Below, piece after piece: positions 8,686 through 16,176 of a stretch of 16,176 nucleotides of DNA. The first letter of the stretch is position 1. Each line of letters begins with the position of its first letter. The position numbers and the translations under genes were made by a program. Origin of the DNA: Verrucomicrobiota bacterium (GTDB taxonomy: Bacteria > Verrucomicrobiota > Verrucomicrobiia > Verrucomicrobiales > DEV007); assembly GCA_045046875.1 (NCBI GenBank), contig JASFYY010000084.1:1-16176 (forward strand), in the 5' to 3' direction. The notes under the pieces were generated by a model. That model did no database searches. It was not told the origin of the DNA and saw nothing but the letters and a program-made list of their open reading frames with translations.

Positions 8686-10830
8686 CTACGCAGCTATAAC
8701 CCTCCTCCCCACCCGTCCCGCCACCCACGATTCCAGCCACAATACCAGCAACACCACCATCACAATCCACTTCCAGATCTTTTGTCGCCCTTCACGCTCC
8801 TCCGATTCCAATCGATAGGCCACACGCCCACTATCCTCACCATCAAGTTCCTGACCACTCTGCTGCCCCTTGCTGCTTATCACAATCCCAAAGTCAGCCA
8901 GACTGTCCGCATCAAAAACATCCACCCGGCTTTCTGATGGAGATAAATTCACCGCATAAATCCGCTTCGTGACTTGCCCCCCATCCTCTTCATCCAACAC
9001 CTCATAAAAACCCGGACGATCCGTATCCGAAAACATCTTTTGGCCCGCCTCCAAATCGATCAACTCAGATTCTCCAGGCCTTTTCACCGCCACAGCTCCC
9101 TCCACCGGCAAATCATCACCCACGTAGACCGGCTTAGATTTCTGGGCAGAAAAACCCGCCGTATTCAAAATCGAATACAAAAACGGCACAAATTTCGAAG
9201 ATAAAGCCAACTGACTCTCCTGCGGTTGCCAACCCGACATCATCAAATACACCCGGCCCCGCCCCCGTTCCACGTCCAACCACGCAGGACTGCCGTCATC
9301 ATAACTTGCCATCACCGTTACGTGGTCTGCCAAACCTTCCGTCTGCTTCATACTCAGCACCCGGTGTCTCCAAAAGTGAATCTTACCGAAATCACGAACC
9401 TGCGCCTCAACAAAAGGTCGCAACACAGGGTGGCTGAAATCCATATCCGTCAACATCGCGTAATCCTCCTCCCCCGCCTCAGTCAAGCCCACCCCCTGCA
9501 AACCCGTCAAAGCTTCCAGCTCCTTAGCTGCAAGGTCCGCCGCCACCGCGCAAAGCACCGCCCCTCCCGTTTGCCCAGCAAAAGACGCCAACTTTGTGCC
9601 CAAACCAGCATCCCATCGCCCCGTCACCACCACCACATCAAAAGCCTTAAGCTCGTCCACCGATGCGACCTGCCCACTCTCACGAACTTCAAGCTGCGGA
9701 TCGATCGTCGCCGTCTTTCTCAGTGCTCTGCTCAAATAAAACAAAGCCGAGCCCGCATCCTCGGCACCCGCCTGACTCACCTGATCAGCCAAATATAAGA
9801 TCTTCACCACCCGCGCCTGTTTTCCCGCGACATAAATTCGATTATCAAAATCAAAAGCATCTCCCCCGACTTCTAAAATACCCGCCGCCGATTCATCAAA
9901 ACGCGGCGGCGCCATCAATACCCTCGCCCCGCCGGAAGGCACATTGCCCGCCACTTTTGCCTCTCCCGCCGTCCCTTCGCCAACCCATGACAAAGTGAAT
10001 TTCTCCGCTTGCCCCTGCTGAGAATTGGCCACCCGCACCCGCAGCGCACCTACATTCTTCTCTTCATCCTCCTCTTTTTGTCCCGCAACAAACAAGGAAA
10101 AGTTGGCCCCCTCACCCGCGCTCACCTGCACATTGCGTAAAACCACTCCCTCCGGCCAAGCCAGGCGATTCAGTGAATCCCGTTCACTGCCATCCTGAAA
10201 ATCACTGATCAATACCACCTCCTGTTGGGCAAAAAAGCTACCCGCCACCGCGTCGGCCACATCACGATCCGCCAGCAACTCCACCGCACTGCCCAACGAT
10301 TCACCCAATGCCGTCGTCTTCCACCCGGCTTCCGCCGCCCCCAGCTTCGCCATCACCCGCCCTGGCCGATCGGCTGCCGCCAATTGTTTCCACTCTTCAA
10401 AACCTAGCAACAACTCATCCTTATCATCAAAAAGCATCACCGCCGCTTCATCCTCCGGCCGCAAAGCCTCCAGCTCTTCAGCTAAATGTTTTTTAGCCTG
10501 ATCCCATAAATCCGCACGCCGCATCGACGCACTTCGATCCACCAATACCACCACCCTGCGCCCCAGCCCAGCTTCCTGCACCACCGACTGCTGGGAAAAA
10601 AATGGCCGCGCAAACATCAAAGTCAACAACAGCAGCGCCAAACAACGCAAAAATAACAAAAATAACTTTTCCAACTTCGAACGCCGCGTCAGCTTCTGCG
10701 GACTCTTGTCCAAAAACATCAGCGAAGAAAACAGCGTCTGGTCCTTGGGCGGTCGTTTGCGCAAATGCAACAACAAGGGCGCGGCCAAAGCCAGCGCTCC
10801 GAGAAAATAAAGAGGGTAAAGAAACGACAT
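8686..10830 (-). CDS. BatA N-terminal (double-TM anchor) + VWA domain protein with GATase-like domain and C-terminal TM (714 aa)
   Basis: MSFLYPLYFLGALALAAPLLLHL...FSSLMFL...LFLRCLALLLLTLMFARP is the aerotolerance regulator N-terminal motif. MIDAS DRSASM...T...ISD is intact. AVNLSPSES and C-terminal IWKWIVMVVLLVLWLESW are also present. Confidence 0.9.
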   Translation of the reverse strand: MSFLYPLYFLGALALAAPLLLHLRKRPPKDQTLFSSLMFLDKSPQKLTRRSKLEKLFLLFLRCLALLLLTLMFARPFFSQQSVVQEAGLGRRVVVLVDRSASMRRADLWDQAKKHLAEELEALRPEDEAAVMLFDDKDELLLGFEEWKQLAAADRPGRVMAKLGAAEAGWKTTALGESLGSAVELLADRDVADAVAGSFFAQQEVVLISDFQDGSERDSLNRLAWPEGVVLRNVQVSAGEGANFSLFVAGQKEEDEEKNVGALRVRVANSQQGQAEKFTLSWVGEGTAGEAKVAGNVPSGGARVLMAPPRFDESAAGILEVGGDAFDFDNRIYVAGKQARVVKILYLADQVSQAGAEDAGSALFYLSRALRKTATIDPQLEVRESGQVASVDELKAFDVVVVTGRWDAGLGTKLASFAGQTGGAVLCAVAADLAAKELEALTGLQGVGLTEAGEEDYAMLTDMDFSHPVLRPFVEAQVRDFGKIHFWRHRVLSMKQTEGLADHVTVMASYDDGSPAWLDVERGRGRVYLMMSGWQPQESQLALSSKFVPFLYSILNTAGFSAQKSKPVYVGDDLPVEGAVAVKRPGESELIDLEAGQKMFSDTDRPGFYEVLDEEDGGQVTKRIYAVNLSPSESRVDVFDADSLADFGIVISSKGQQSGQELDGEDSGRVAYRLESEEREGRQKIWKWIVMVVLLVLWLESWVAGRVGRRVIAA

Positions 10831-10960
10831 GGGGGGGAAAGGAAGGATTCAGAATCCAGTAGTCAGACTCTCTGTATTCAAATCTTCAGTTAATTTCAAA
10901 GCTTACTCATTCTACTGAATTCTGGCTACTGAATTCTGAATTCTGAATCCTTCCACCCCC
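10831..10960. repeat. Inverted-repeat element built of heptamer units (ATTCAGA/ATTCAGT/AGYCAGA) spanning the DUF58-batA spacer
   Basis: Left arm 10841-10867 is GGAAGG ATTCAGA ATCCAGT AGTCAGA. The reverse complement of the right arm (10914-10954) is GGAAGG ATTCAGA ATTCAGA ATTCAGT AGCCAGA ATTCAGT. Flanked by G7 (10831-10837) and C5 (10956-10960). Confidence 0.85.
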
Positions 10961-11922
10961 TAACTTCTTCCCCCTGAATTCCGCCTCCTGACATTTTTCC
11001 CTGCCGCTTTCTCCCGCATCGACACAAAATCAAACAACACACGATCAAGCGGTTCGTCCGTGACGACCAAACGGTAGTCGATGCCATTACGCTCGCAAAT
11101 CCCCTTCACCGCATCCAGGTGCGCCTGCAATTTTTCCAAATACGACTCCCGCGCCAACTGCGGATCGATATAAACATCCTTGCCACTTTCCGCATCTCTG
11201 AAATGCGACGCCTGCTCAAAGCCAAACTCCAACTCACTTCGGTCCAACACCTGCCACACCACCAGATCATGCCCCGCCGCCGCGAGGTGCCCCAAATGAA
11301 CTTCCAGTTCCTCGATCGGAGCTAGCAAATCCGAGATCAACATCATCAGCCCACGCTTGCGCACCAGCTCCGCCACCTTCTTCAATGGACCAATCAAGTC
11401 CGTGCCCCGACCACCCTGCTCCTTGCTCACTTCCAAATGCCCCATCAAGCGCCGCAGCTGCCCCGGCCGATTCCGCGCCGGCACAAATTGCTCCAACTTC
11501 TCATCAAAAGTCACCAAGCCCACCGCATCCCCCTGACCCATCAAAAAATAAGCAAAAGTCGCCGCCAAAGTCGCCGCATAATCACTCTTCGAAAAACCCG
11601 ATTGCCCCGCATAAGACATCGAACGACTCTGATCCACCAACAAAAAACACCGCAGATTGGTTTCATCTTCAAACTTTTTGATGAACACCCGATCCGTTCT
11701 CGCCATCACCTTCCAATCAATGAAACGCGGATCATCCCCCTGCGCGTACTGACGGTATTCACTGAACTCCACCGAAAACCCATGATGCGGGCTGCGGTGC
11801 AACCCCTTCCAAAAACCCTCCACCACCACCCGCGCCCGCAACTCCAACGAACGCACCTTCATCAAAGCCAGCGGATCAATAGATCCTTTCGCCGATTTCG
11901 ATTTCGCTTTCACCTCACTCAT
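10960..11922 (-). CDS. DUF58 domain-containing protein (VWA-like MoxR partner; 320 aa)
   Basis: Canonical motif GLHRSPHHGFSVEFSEYRQYAQGDDPRFIDWKVMARTDRVFIKKFEDE, plus VDQSRSM and LISD. ATG at 11922 preferred over TTG at 11925. Confidence 0.95.
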   Translation of the reverse strand: MSEVKAKSKSAKGSIDPLALMKVRSLELRARVVVEGFWKGLHRSPHHGFSVEFSEYRQYAQGDDPRFIDWKVMARTDRVFIKKFEDETNLRCFLLVDQSRSMSYAGQSGFSKSDYAATLAATFAYFLMGQGDAVGLVTFDEKLEQFVPARNRPGQLRRLMGHLEVSKEQGGRGTDLIGPLKKVAELVRKRGLMMLISDLLAPIEELEVHLGHLAAAGHDLVVWQVLDRSELEFGFEQASHFRDAESGKDVYIDPQLARESYLEKLQAHLDAVKGICERNGIDYRLVVTDEPLDRVLFDFVSMREKAAGKNVRRRNSGGRS

Positions 11923-11931
11923 CAAGCCATC

Positions 11932-11960
11932 ACCTTGCCCAAGCCGGCCTCACTTTACAA
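11932..11960 (-). promoter_or_regulatory. Possible internal sigma70 promoter directly before DUF58 (TTGTAA-N17-CAAGGT)
   Basis: -35-like TTGTAA (11960-11955), 17-nt spacer, weak -10 CAAGGT (11937-11932) 9 nt before the ATG, T-rich tract upstream. Confidence 0.25.
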
Positions 11961-11973
11961 GCCAATAAAAAAC

Positions 11974-14900
11974 CTACTGCGCCGCTCCGACTGTAGCCGA
12001 CAACCCACCCGGCACCTCCGCCTCAAGCTGTTTATCAAAATGAAACAGCGCCAGAGTTTTATCATCAGCACTGAATCGTTCACTCGGCACAAAATCCTCT
12101 CGATATCTCCGCACCGAACTGATCCTCAATTCATCTATCGCAGCATCCGCCGGCCGCACACCGGTATTCATCGAACCAATCTGAATCGGCGGACGAAAAT
12201 TACTCGGTTGCAAAGGCTCGGCCGCGGTGTCTTTTGGTGTGGCATAAGTCTCCGCAGAACTTAATTTCCCATCAAGATAAATTTGCACCGTGGTGCGTCC
12301 ACCATCATCCAGCTTCCACTGCATCGCCAGATGATGCCACTGCCCCGCTTTCCAACTCCTGATATTAGCCGAAGCCGCGCGATGCCGATACCGCGAACTA
12401 GTCAAAGAAGCACTGAGGTGACCCGTTGAACTGTGTATCAATGCCAACGAGTTCACATTGGAGAGCGTAGGATGATCCGGACGAATTGGCCCCATATGAA
12501 CCAACGCGTGTTCCAGCGTACCCCGCGGCCCTTCAAGACGAGGCTGAGATTGCCAACCCGGCTTCAGCCAAAATTCAATCGTGCCTTCAGCCCAAGGCGT
12601 GGTGGTCGGCCCGACCGAAGGAAAATGCACCGGCCCATTAAGAGCCGCCCCCTCACCCACACCCTCAGTATATAGCCCCTGCGGCAACTCTTGCGAACGC
12701 CGGGGTGAACCAAAACGACGAGTGAACTCCCATTCTCCCTCTTTCGCCGTGATCTTGAAACGTCCCACCACGCCCGGCAGTTCTTCAGCAAAGCGCATCA
12801 CAAAATCCTTATCAGGCCGCCAGATCAGCGGCAGGGTAGCTTGATTAGGGAAACTTAGCTCACCCAAAGAGCGTCGCCCATCGCTGGCAGTCACCTCAAT
12901 TTCCACATCATGCAAAGGCCTGTCACAGAGCAAACTGAGATCCCCCTTGATCACCGTTCCCGCTCCGCTGCCTATCGTCTCATGACGAAGCTCCAAACCC
13001 GCAATTTTTAAACCCACTTGAACCGCCGTTAGCGTTTTTTCCTCAGTAGAAAATTCCGCCAAAGTGAAATGCTGCAAACCCGCAACCTCACCCCCCTCAA
13101 GATAAGAAAAACTGACCCGCCCCCCACCCGACTGACGCGAAAGCTGGGAAACGCAGGAACGACCGGCGCGAATATTAAACCCCAACTCCTCAATAGGAAT
13201 AGCCATCTCCACCGTCCAAACCTTACCCACCATCGCTGTCTGGACCTTCATCTTGCTGCGCCAGTTTTCATCAATCACTACTTGCCCATCCACTTTCTTG
13301 CCTCCAACAATTGCGTGATAGGGAGCCGCCTTATAATGCGTAGCCGTCTGCATGCCAGACTGACCCGCCACCCACTGCCAACTCTCCCCTGCCTTGCCTT
13401 CTATCGGAGCTTTTTTATTCGCCGCTACCGCAAAAGTCACCCTGTCCTTGCCATCCGCATTGTGACACTCAAAAGAAACGTAAATATTTTTGTCATCATA
13501 AGCCAAGCGCACTTGTGTTTCCCTAGCTTCCAACTGCAAACGATCGTTGCTAATGAAATTGCTCGCCGGCTGCGCCGCCGCCCACGTCGCCTCAGCAAGT
13601 TTTCCATCAATGACAATTTCATCGCTGCGACGAACGAAATTCAACCTGCGCCGTGGCAGCTCTCTCAAAAACCAACTTGGCATGCTGCGCTCGGTAATCT
13701 TCTGCTCATAGCTTCCCGCCAATAACTCCAGCTCTTTTTCGAACTCAGCAAAATCCAGGTTGGAAAGATAACTGTGCGGATTAGTGCGCTTGCGAGTGTA
13801 GTGATACATCAGATCCTTCTTCACCACCCCGTCCGAAACCTTTTGCCAACTTACAGCCGCCAACTTCAAATCCTTTTGCGACTGCAAAAGGATTTGCTCA
13901 CACTTCTCGCGATCCCCGCGTTTAATCGCCTGTTCGATCTCCAATACCCGGGCACGGTGCGCCGCAGTGAAATGAGCCCCGTGAGTCATCAAATACATAT
14001 TGAGAAAAAAACCAAGATCCTCACCTGCCAATATCGATTGCGATTGTTGCAGCGTCCGCGCCTTGTCCAAGGAAAGTGCTGCGCGCCGGGTAGCCTGAAC
14101 CTGTCCCTGCATCAGAGCCAGAGGATTATCAAAATCAGCACGCTCGAGAATTTTGCCTGGAAAAGCAATAAAGGCGTGGCTGATATTTTCACCAAAAGCC
14201 GGTGCGATTAAGCCCCCCATTTTGGGGCCAAACCAAAACCGCGCCGCTCGTGAGGCAAAAACCTTACGCTCGGCAGGTGGCTCCAACCGCGTTCCCAAAT
14301 CCTTCCATCCCGATTCAGAAAAATCCTTCGCCCCCGGACGATTAACATTCCACGCACACTCAGCCCCCAGCAACTCGGTGAACTCACGCCAACCCAAACC
14401 ACTCATGTTTCCAAAAAACATGTCATCATAGTCAGGATAATACATCGAGCGCGTCCACAGCGGACTCGTAGTGAAATACGGTTGCCAGCCCTTCCAAAAA
14501 GCATATTCAAAATAAGTGTGAAAGCGGCGTTTGCCCCAGGTCGCCCTCATGCGATCAAACGGCGTCCGTTCAGATTCCCTAATAGTGACAAAGATATCCT
14601 CAGGCAGCAACTGATCCAAACGTTTCACAAAATCCGCCAGCTTTTGAGTGCGCTCTTGCGCCTCCCTTTTTGCTTCCGGGCCGGGTCCCATTTCAGCACT
14701 GGCATCTTTATACACCAGATCAGGGTCGAGTTGTTCCGGCGAATAAGGATACACCACCGTGACGAACTCACAGTCCGGCACCAATTTGCGAATCTCCCGA
14801 TAATAAATACCAAAAACCACCGCATCTGCTTTGGCGTGATCATCCCCATAGGTTTTTTTGCATAAATCACAGCGATCATTCCACAAACCCGGGTTGCGCC

Positions 14901-15924
14901 AGCCTCCACCGTCTGCAGCATGCAAATAATATCCCTTATACCCTGACTCAGCGACCATACGTGCCGTACGCCTGGCTTTTTCCTCATGATATTTCAACCG
15001 TGACCAACAAAAGTAACGGTGATGACTGCTATGATAAGCAACACCTTTGAAATCCGGATTATCTTTGTCTGCGGGAAAACTACCAACCGAAGTTGTTCCC
15101 GATACCATCGTGCGGATCCCGCGCTGCACCCCGTAATCATGAATCTCTTTTAAAGCCGCACGAGTGATCCTGGTATTTTCACCAAATTGCCCCGCCTTCA
15201 AAAAAGAGTGACTCCAAGCCCAGTTGATCTTCGCCCGCAGCATCCAGTCATAATGTTTTTTCTTACGCGCCACCCACCGTTTGGCGACTTCCTCGGCCTC
15301 AATCGTTTTGCCCTGCCCGTCCAATTGTTTGAGCGTGTACCACAAACCACGCCGGGGTTCGCTCATCGGATAGCCCACTTGCCTTTTTTTAAAGTCCGGC
15401 CAATCCGTGATCTCCACCGGTCTGATCATAATTTCGTCATTCCCCGTCCCTTGAATAAATTGCCGCACACTGACCGCAGCATAAAGCGTCCCTTGTTTGT
15501 CGCTACCCACCAACCACAGCCGGGTCGAACCATCATCCCCCTTCTCCGCACGAATCACATAACCTTGTGGCCCAAGCTTCTTTCCCGCCACCTTCCCCCC
15601 AGGCATCCCCCCCATAATAGCCGCCACCTCACTCACCCCACTAGTGGCAATAATAATCAAATCCCCCTCCGGCAACACCTCCCCAATCGGGGATACCCTC
15701 AACTCTTTTCCACCCAACAAACGAACCCGCTGATTAATCTCCTCCGCACCGATTTTTGCCTGCAAAGAAGGCCCGGCAATAATTTGAAACCCTTCAATAG
15801 CCACCGCATCACCCACCGCCTTCAATTCACGAGGATAGGGAATCAGCGTATCAAACTCATCTCCAGCCACCACCCAACTTGATAAAAAAAAGAGGCCTGA
15901 AAATAAAATATGAGCAACACGCAT
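11974..15924 (-). CDS. Secreted multi-domain glycoside hydrolase-like protein: GH20 domain-2, GH84/GH20-like TIM barrel, helical region, CBM9-like sugar-binding domain, LamG-like jelly roll (1316 aa; alternative start 15981, 1335 aa)
   Basis: Signal peptide MRVAHILFSGLFFLSSWVVAG after a G-rich SD-like sequence. LIPYPREL...QGYVI...LVGSDKQGTLYA...ITDWPDFKKR (GH20b-like); GAECAWN; IVIDGKLAEATW...VRLAYDDKNIYVSF...WTVEMAIP (CBM9-like); GTIEFWLKP...WHHLAMQW...IYLDGK...IDELRIS (LamG-like). Confidence 0.8.
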   Translation of the reverse strand: MRVAHILFSGLFFLSSWVVAGDEFDTLIPYPRELKAVGDAVAIEGFQIIAGPSLQAKIGAEEINQRVRLLGGKELRVSPIGEVLPEGDLIIIATSGVSEVAAIMGGMPGGKVAGKKLGPQGYVIRAEKGDDGSTRLWLVGSDKQGTLYAAVSVRQFIQGTGNDEIMIRPVEITDWPDFKKRQVGYPMSEPRRGLWYTLKQLDGQGKTIEAEEVAKRWVARKKKHYDWMLRAKINWAWSHSFLKAGQFGENTRITRAALKEIHDYGVQRGIRTMVSGTTSVGSFPADKDNPDFKGVAYHSSHHRYFCWSRLKYHEEKARRTARMVAESGYKGYYLHAADGGGWRNPGLWNDRCDLCKKTYGDDHAKADAVVFGIYYREIRKLVPDCEFVTVVYPYSPEQLDPDLVYKDASAEMGPGPEAKREAQERTQKLADFVKRLDQLLPEDIFVTIRESERTPFDRMRATWGKRRFHTYFEYAFWKGWQPYFTTSPLWTRSMYYPDYDDMFFGNMSGLGWREFTELLGAECAWNVNRPGAKDFSESGWKDLGTRLEPPAERKVFASRAARFWFGPKMGGLIAPAFGENISHAFIAFPGKILERADFDNPLALMQGQVQATRRAALSLDKARTLQQSQSILAGEDLGFFLNMYLMTHGAHFTAAHRARVLEIEQAIKRGDREKCEQILLQSQKDLKLAAVSWQKVSDGVVKKDLMYHYTRKRTNPHSYLSNLDFAEFEKELELLAGSYEQKITERSMPSWFLRELPRRRLNFVRRSDEIVIDGKLAEATWAAAQPASNFISNDRLQLEARETQVRLAYDDKNIYVSFECHNADGKDRVTFAVAANKKAPIEGKAGESWQWVAGQSGMQTATHYKAAPYHAIVGGKKVDGQVVIDENWRSKMKVQTAMVGKVWTVEMAIPIEELGFNIRAGRSCVSQLSRQSGGGRVSFSYLEGGEVAGLQHFTLAEFSTEEKTLTAVQVGLKIAGLELRHETIGSGAGTVIKGDLSLLCDRPLHDVEIEVTASDGRRSLGELSFPNQATLPLIWRPDKDFVMRFAEELPGVVGRFKITAKEGEWEFTRRFGSPRRSQELPQGLYTEGVGEGAALNGPVHFPSVGPTTTPWAEGTIEFWLKPGWQSQPRLEGPRGTLEHALVHMGPIRPDHPTLSNVNSLALIHSSTGHLSASLTSSRYRHRAASANIRSWKAGQWHHLAMQWKLDDGGRTTVQIYLDGKLSSAETYATPKDTAAEPLQPSNFRPPIQIGSMNTGVRPADAAIDELRISSVRRYREDFVPSERFSADDKTLALFHFDKQLEAEVPGGLSATVGAAQ

Positions 15925-15977
15925 AATATCCCTACCCCTAATTGCAGAGAAAGAGTTTTCAACGAACTTCCGCCTCT

Positions 15978-16175
15978 TCATTCAAAGCGAATCACATCCT
16001 CCCGCAAATCGCGCAATACCCTGAGCTCCCCCCACTGCGCCCCTCGCATCTTCCTCCCCCCATCCTTGCGGCGCTCTCCAAAACACTCCCGTCGTCCCGC
16101 AAAAAACTCATCCACAAATCCCTGACTCCCCAACACCGCCCCATCCGTAAAATACCGCACCCGACAGCGCAAAGC
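15978..16175 (-). mobile_element. 3' end of a REP-associated / IS200-like Y1 tyrosine transposase (RAYT-like), truncated by the window edge
   Basis: The frame is open to the edge: ALRCRVRYFTDGAVLGSQGFVDEFF...FGERRKDGGRKMRG...LRDL. I recognise this as the C-terminal signature of multi-copy verrucomicrobial Y1 transposase-family proteins. The HUH motif would lie outside the window. Confidence 0.7.
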
Positions 16176-16176
16176 C

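Noticed and set aside
8661..8695. Short GTAGGCT/GTAGGAT duplication at the batA stop
   Set aside because: Only two imperfect 7-nt units with no inverted partner, which cannot be distinguished from chance.
10841..10954. Possible CRISPR array or simple terminator in the DUF58-batA spacer
   Set aside because: The units are 7 nt with no unique spacers, and no U-tract follows the stem on the coding strand.
11437..15882. Plus-strand ORFs of 200-275 aa (11437-12264, 13069-13725, 15187-15882)
   Set aside because: They lie opposite well-supported minus-strand genes, have non-ATG starts and show no domain signatures.

Overview
All credible genes lie on the minus strand, and the protein families suggest a Verrucomicrobiota (PVC) genome (inference). 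In transcription order (right to left): (1) the 3' end of a probable REP-associated/IS200-like Y1 tyrosine transposase, cut by the window edge; (2) a ~1,316-1,335 aa secreted multi-domain carbohydrate-active-like protein (GH20 domain-2, divergent GH84/GH20-like barrel, CBM9-like, LamG-like); (3) a five-gene MoxR-associated-type envelope cluster: DUF58, BatA/VWA, a 1,280 aa DUF4175-like coiled-coil membrane protein, a VWA/GATase-like membrane protein, and a secreted caspase/legumain-fold protein with Ser at the expected catalytic Cys. No moxR ATPase is present next to DUF58. (4) A separately regulated outer-membrane beta-barrel gene with an intrinsic terminator. (5) A near-consensus sigma70 promoter with a structured leader and a boxA-like motif at the left edge, possibly an rRNA operon leader. 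The non-coding highlight is a heptamer-repeat inverted-repeat element filling the DUF58-batA spacer. Domain calls come from motif recognition by eye, not from database searches.
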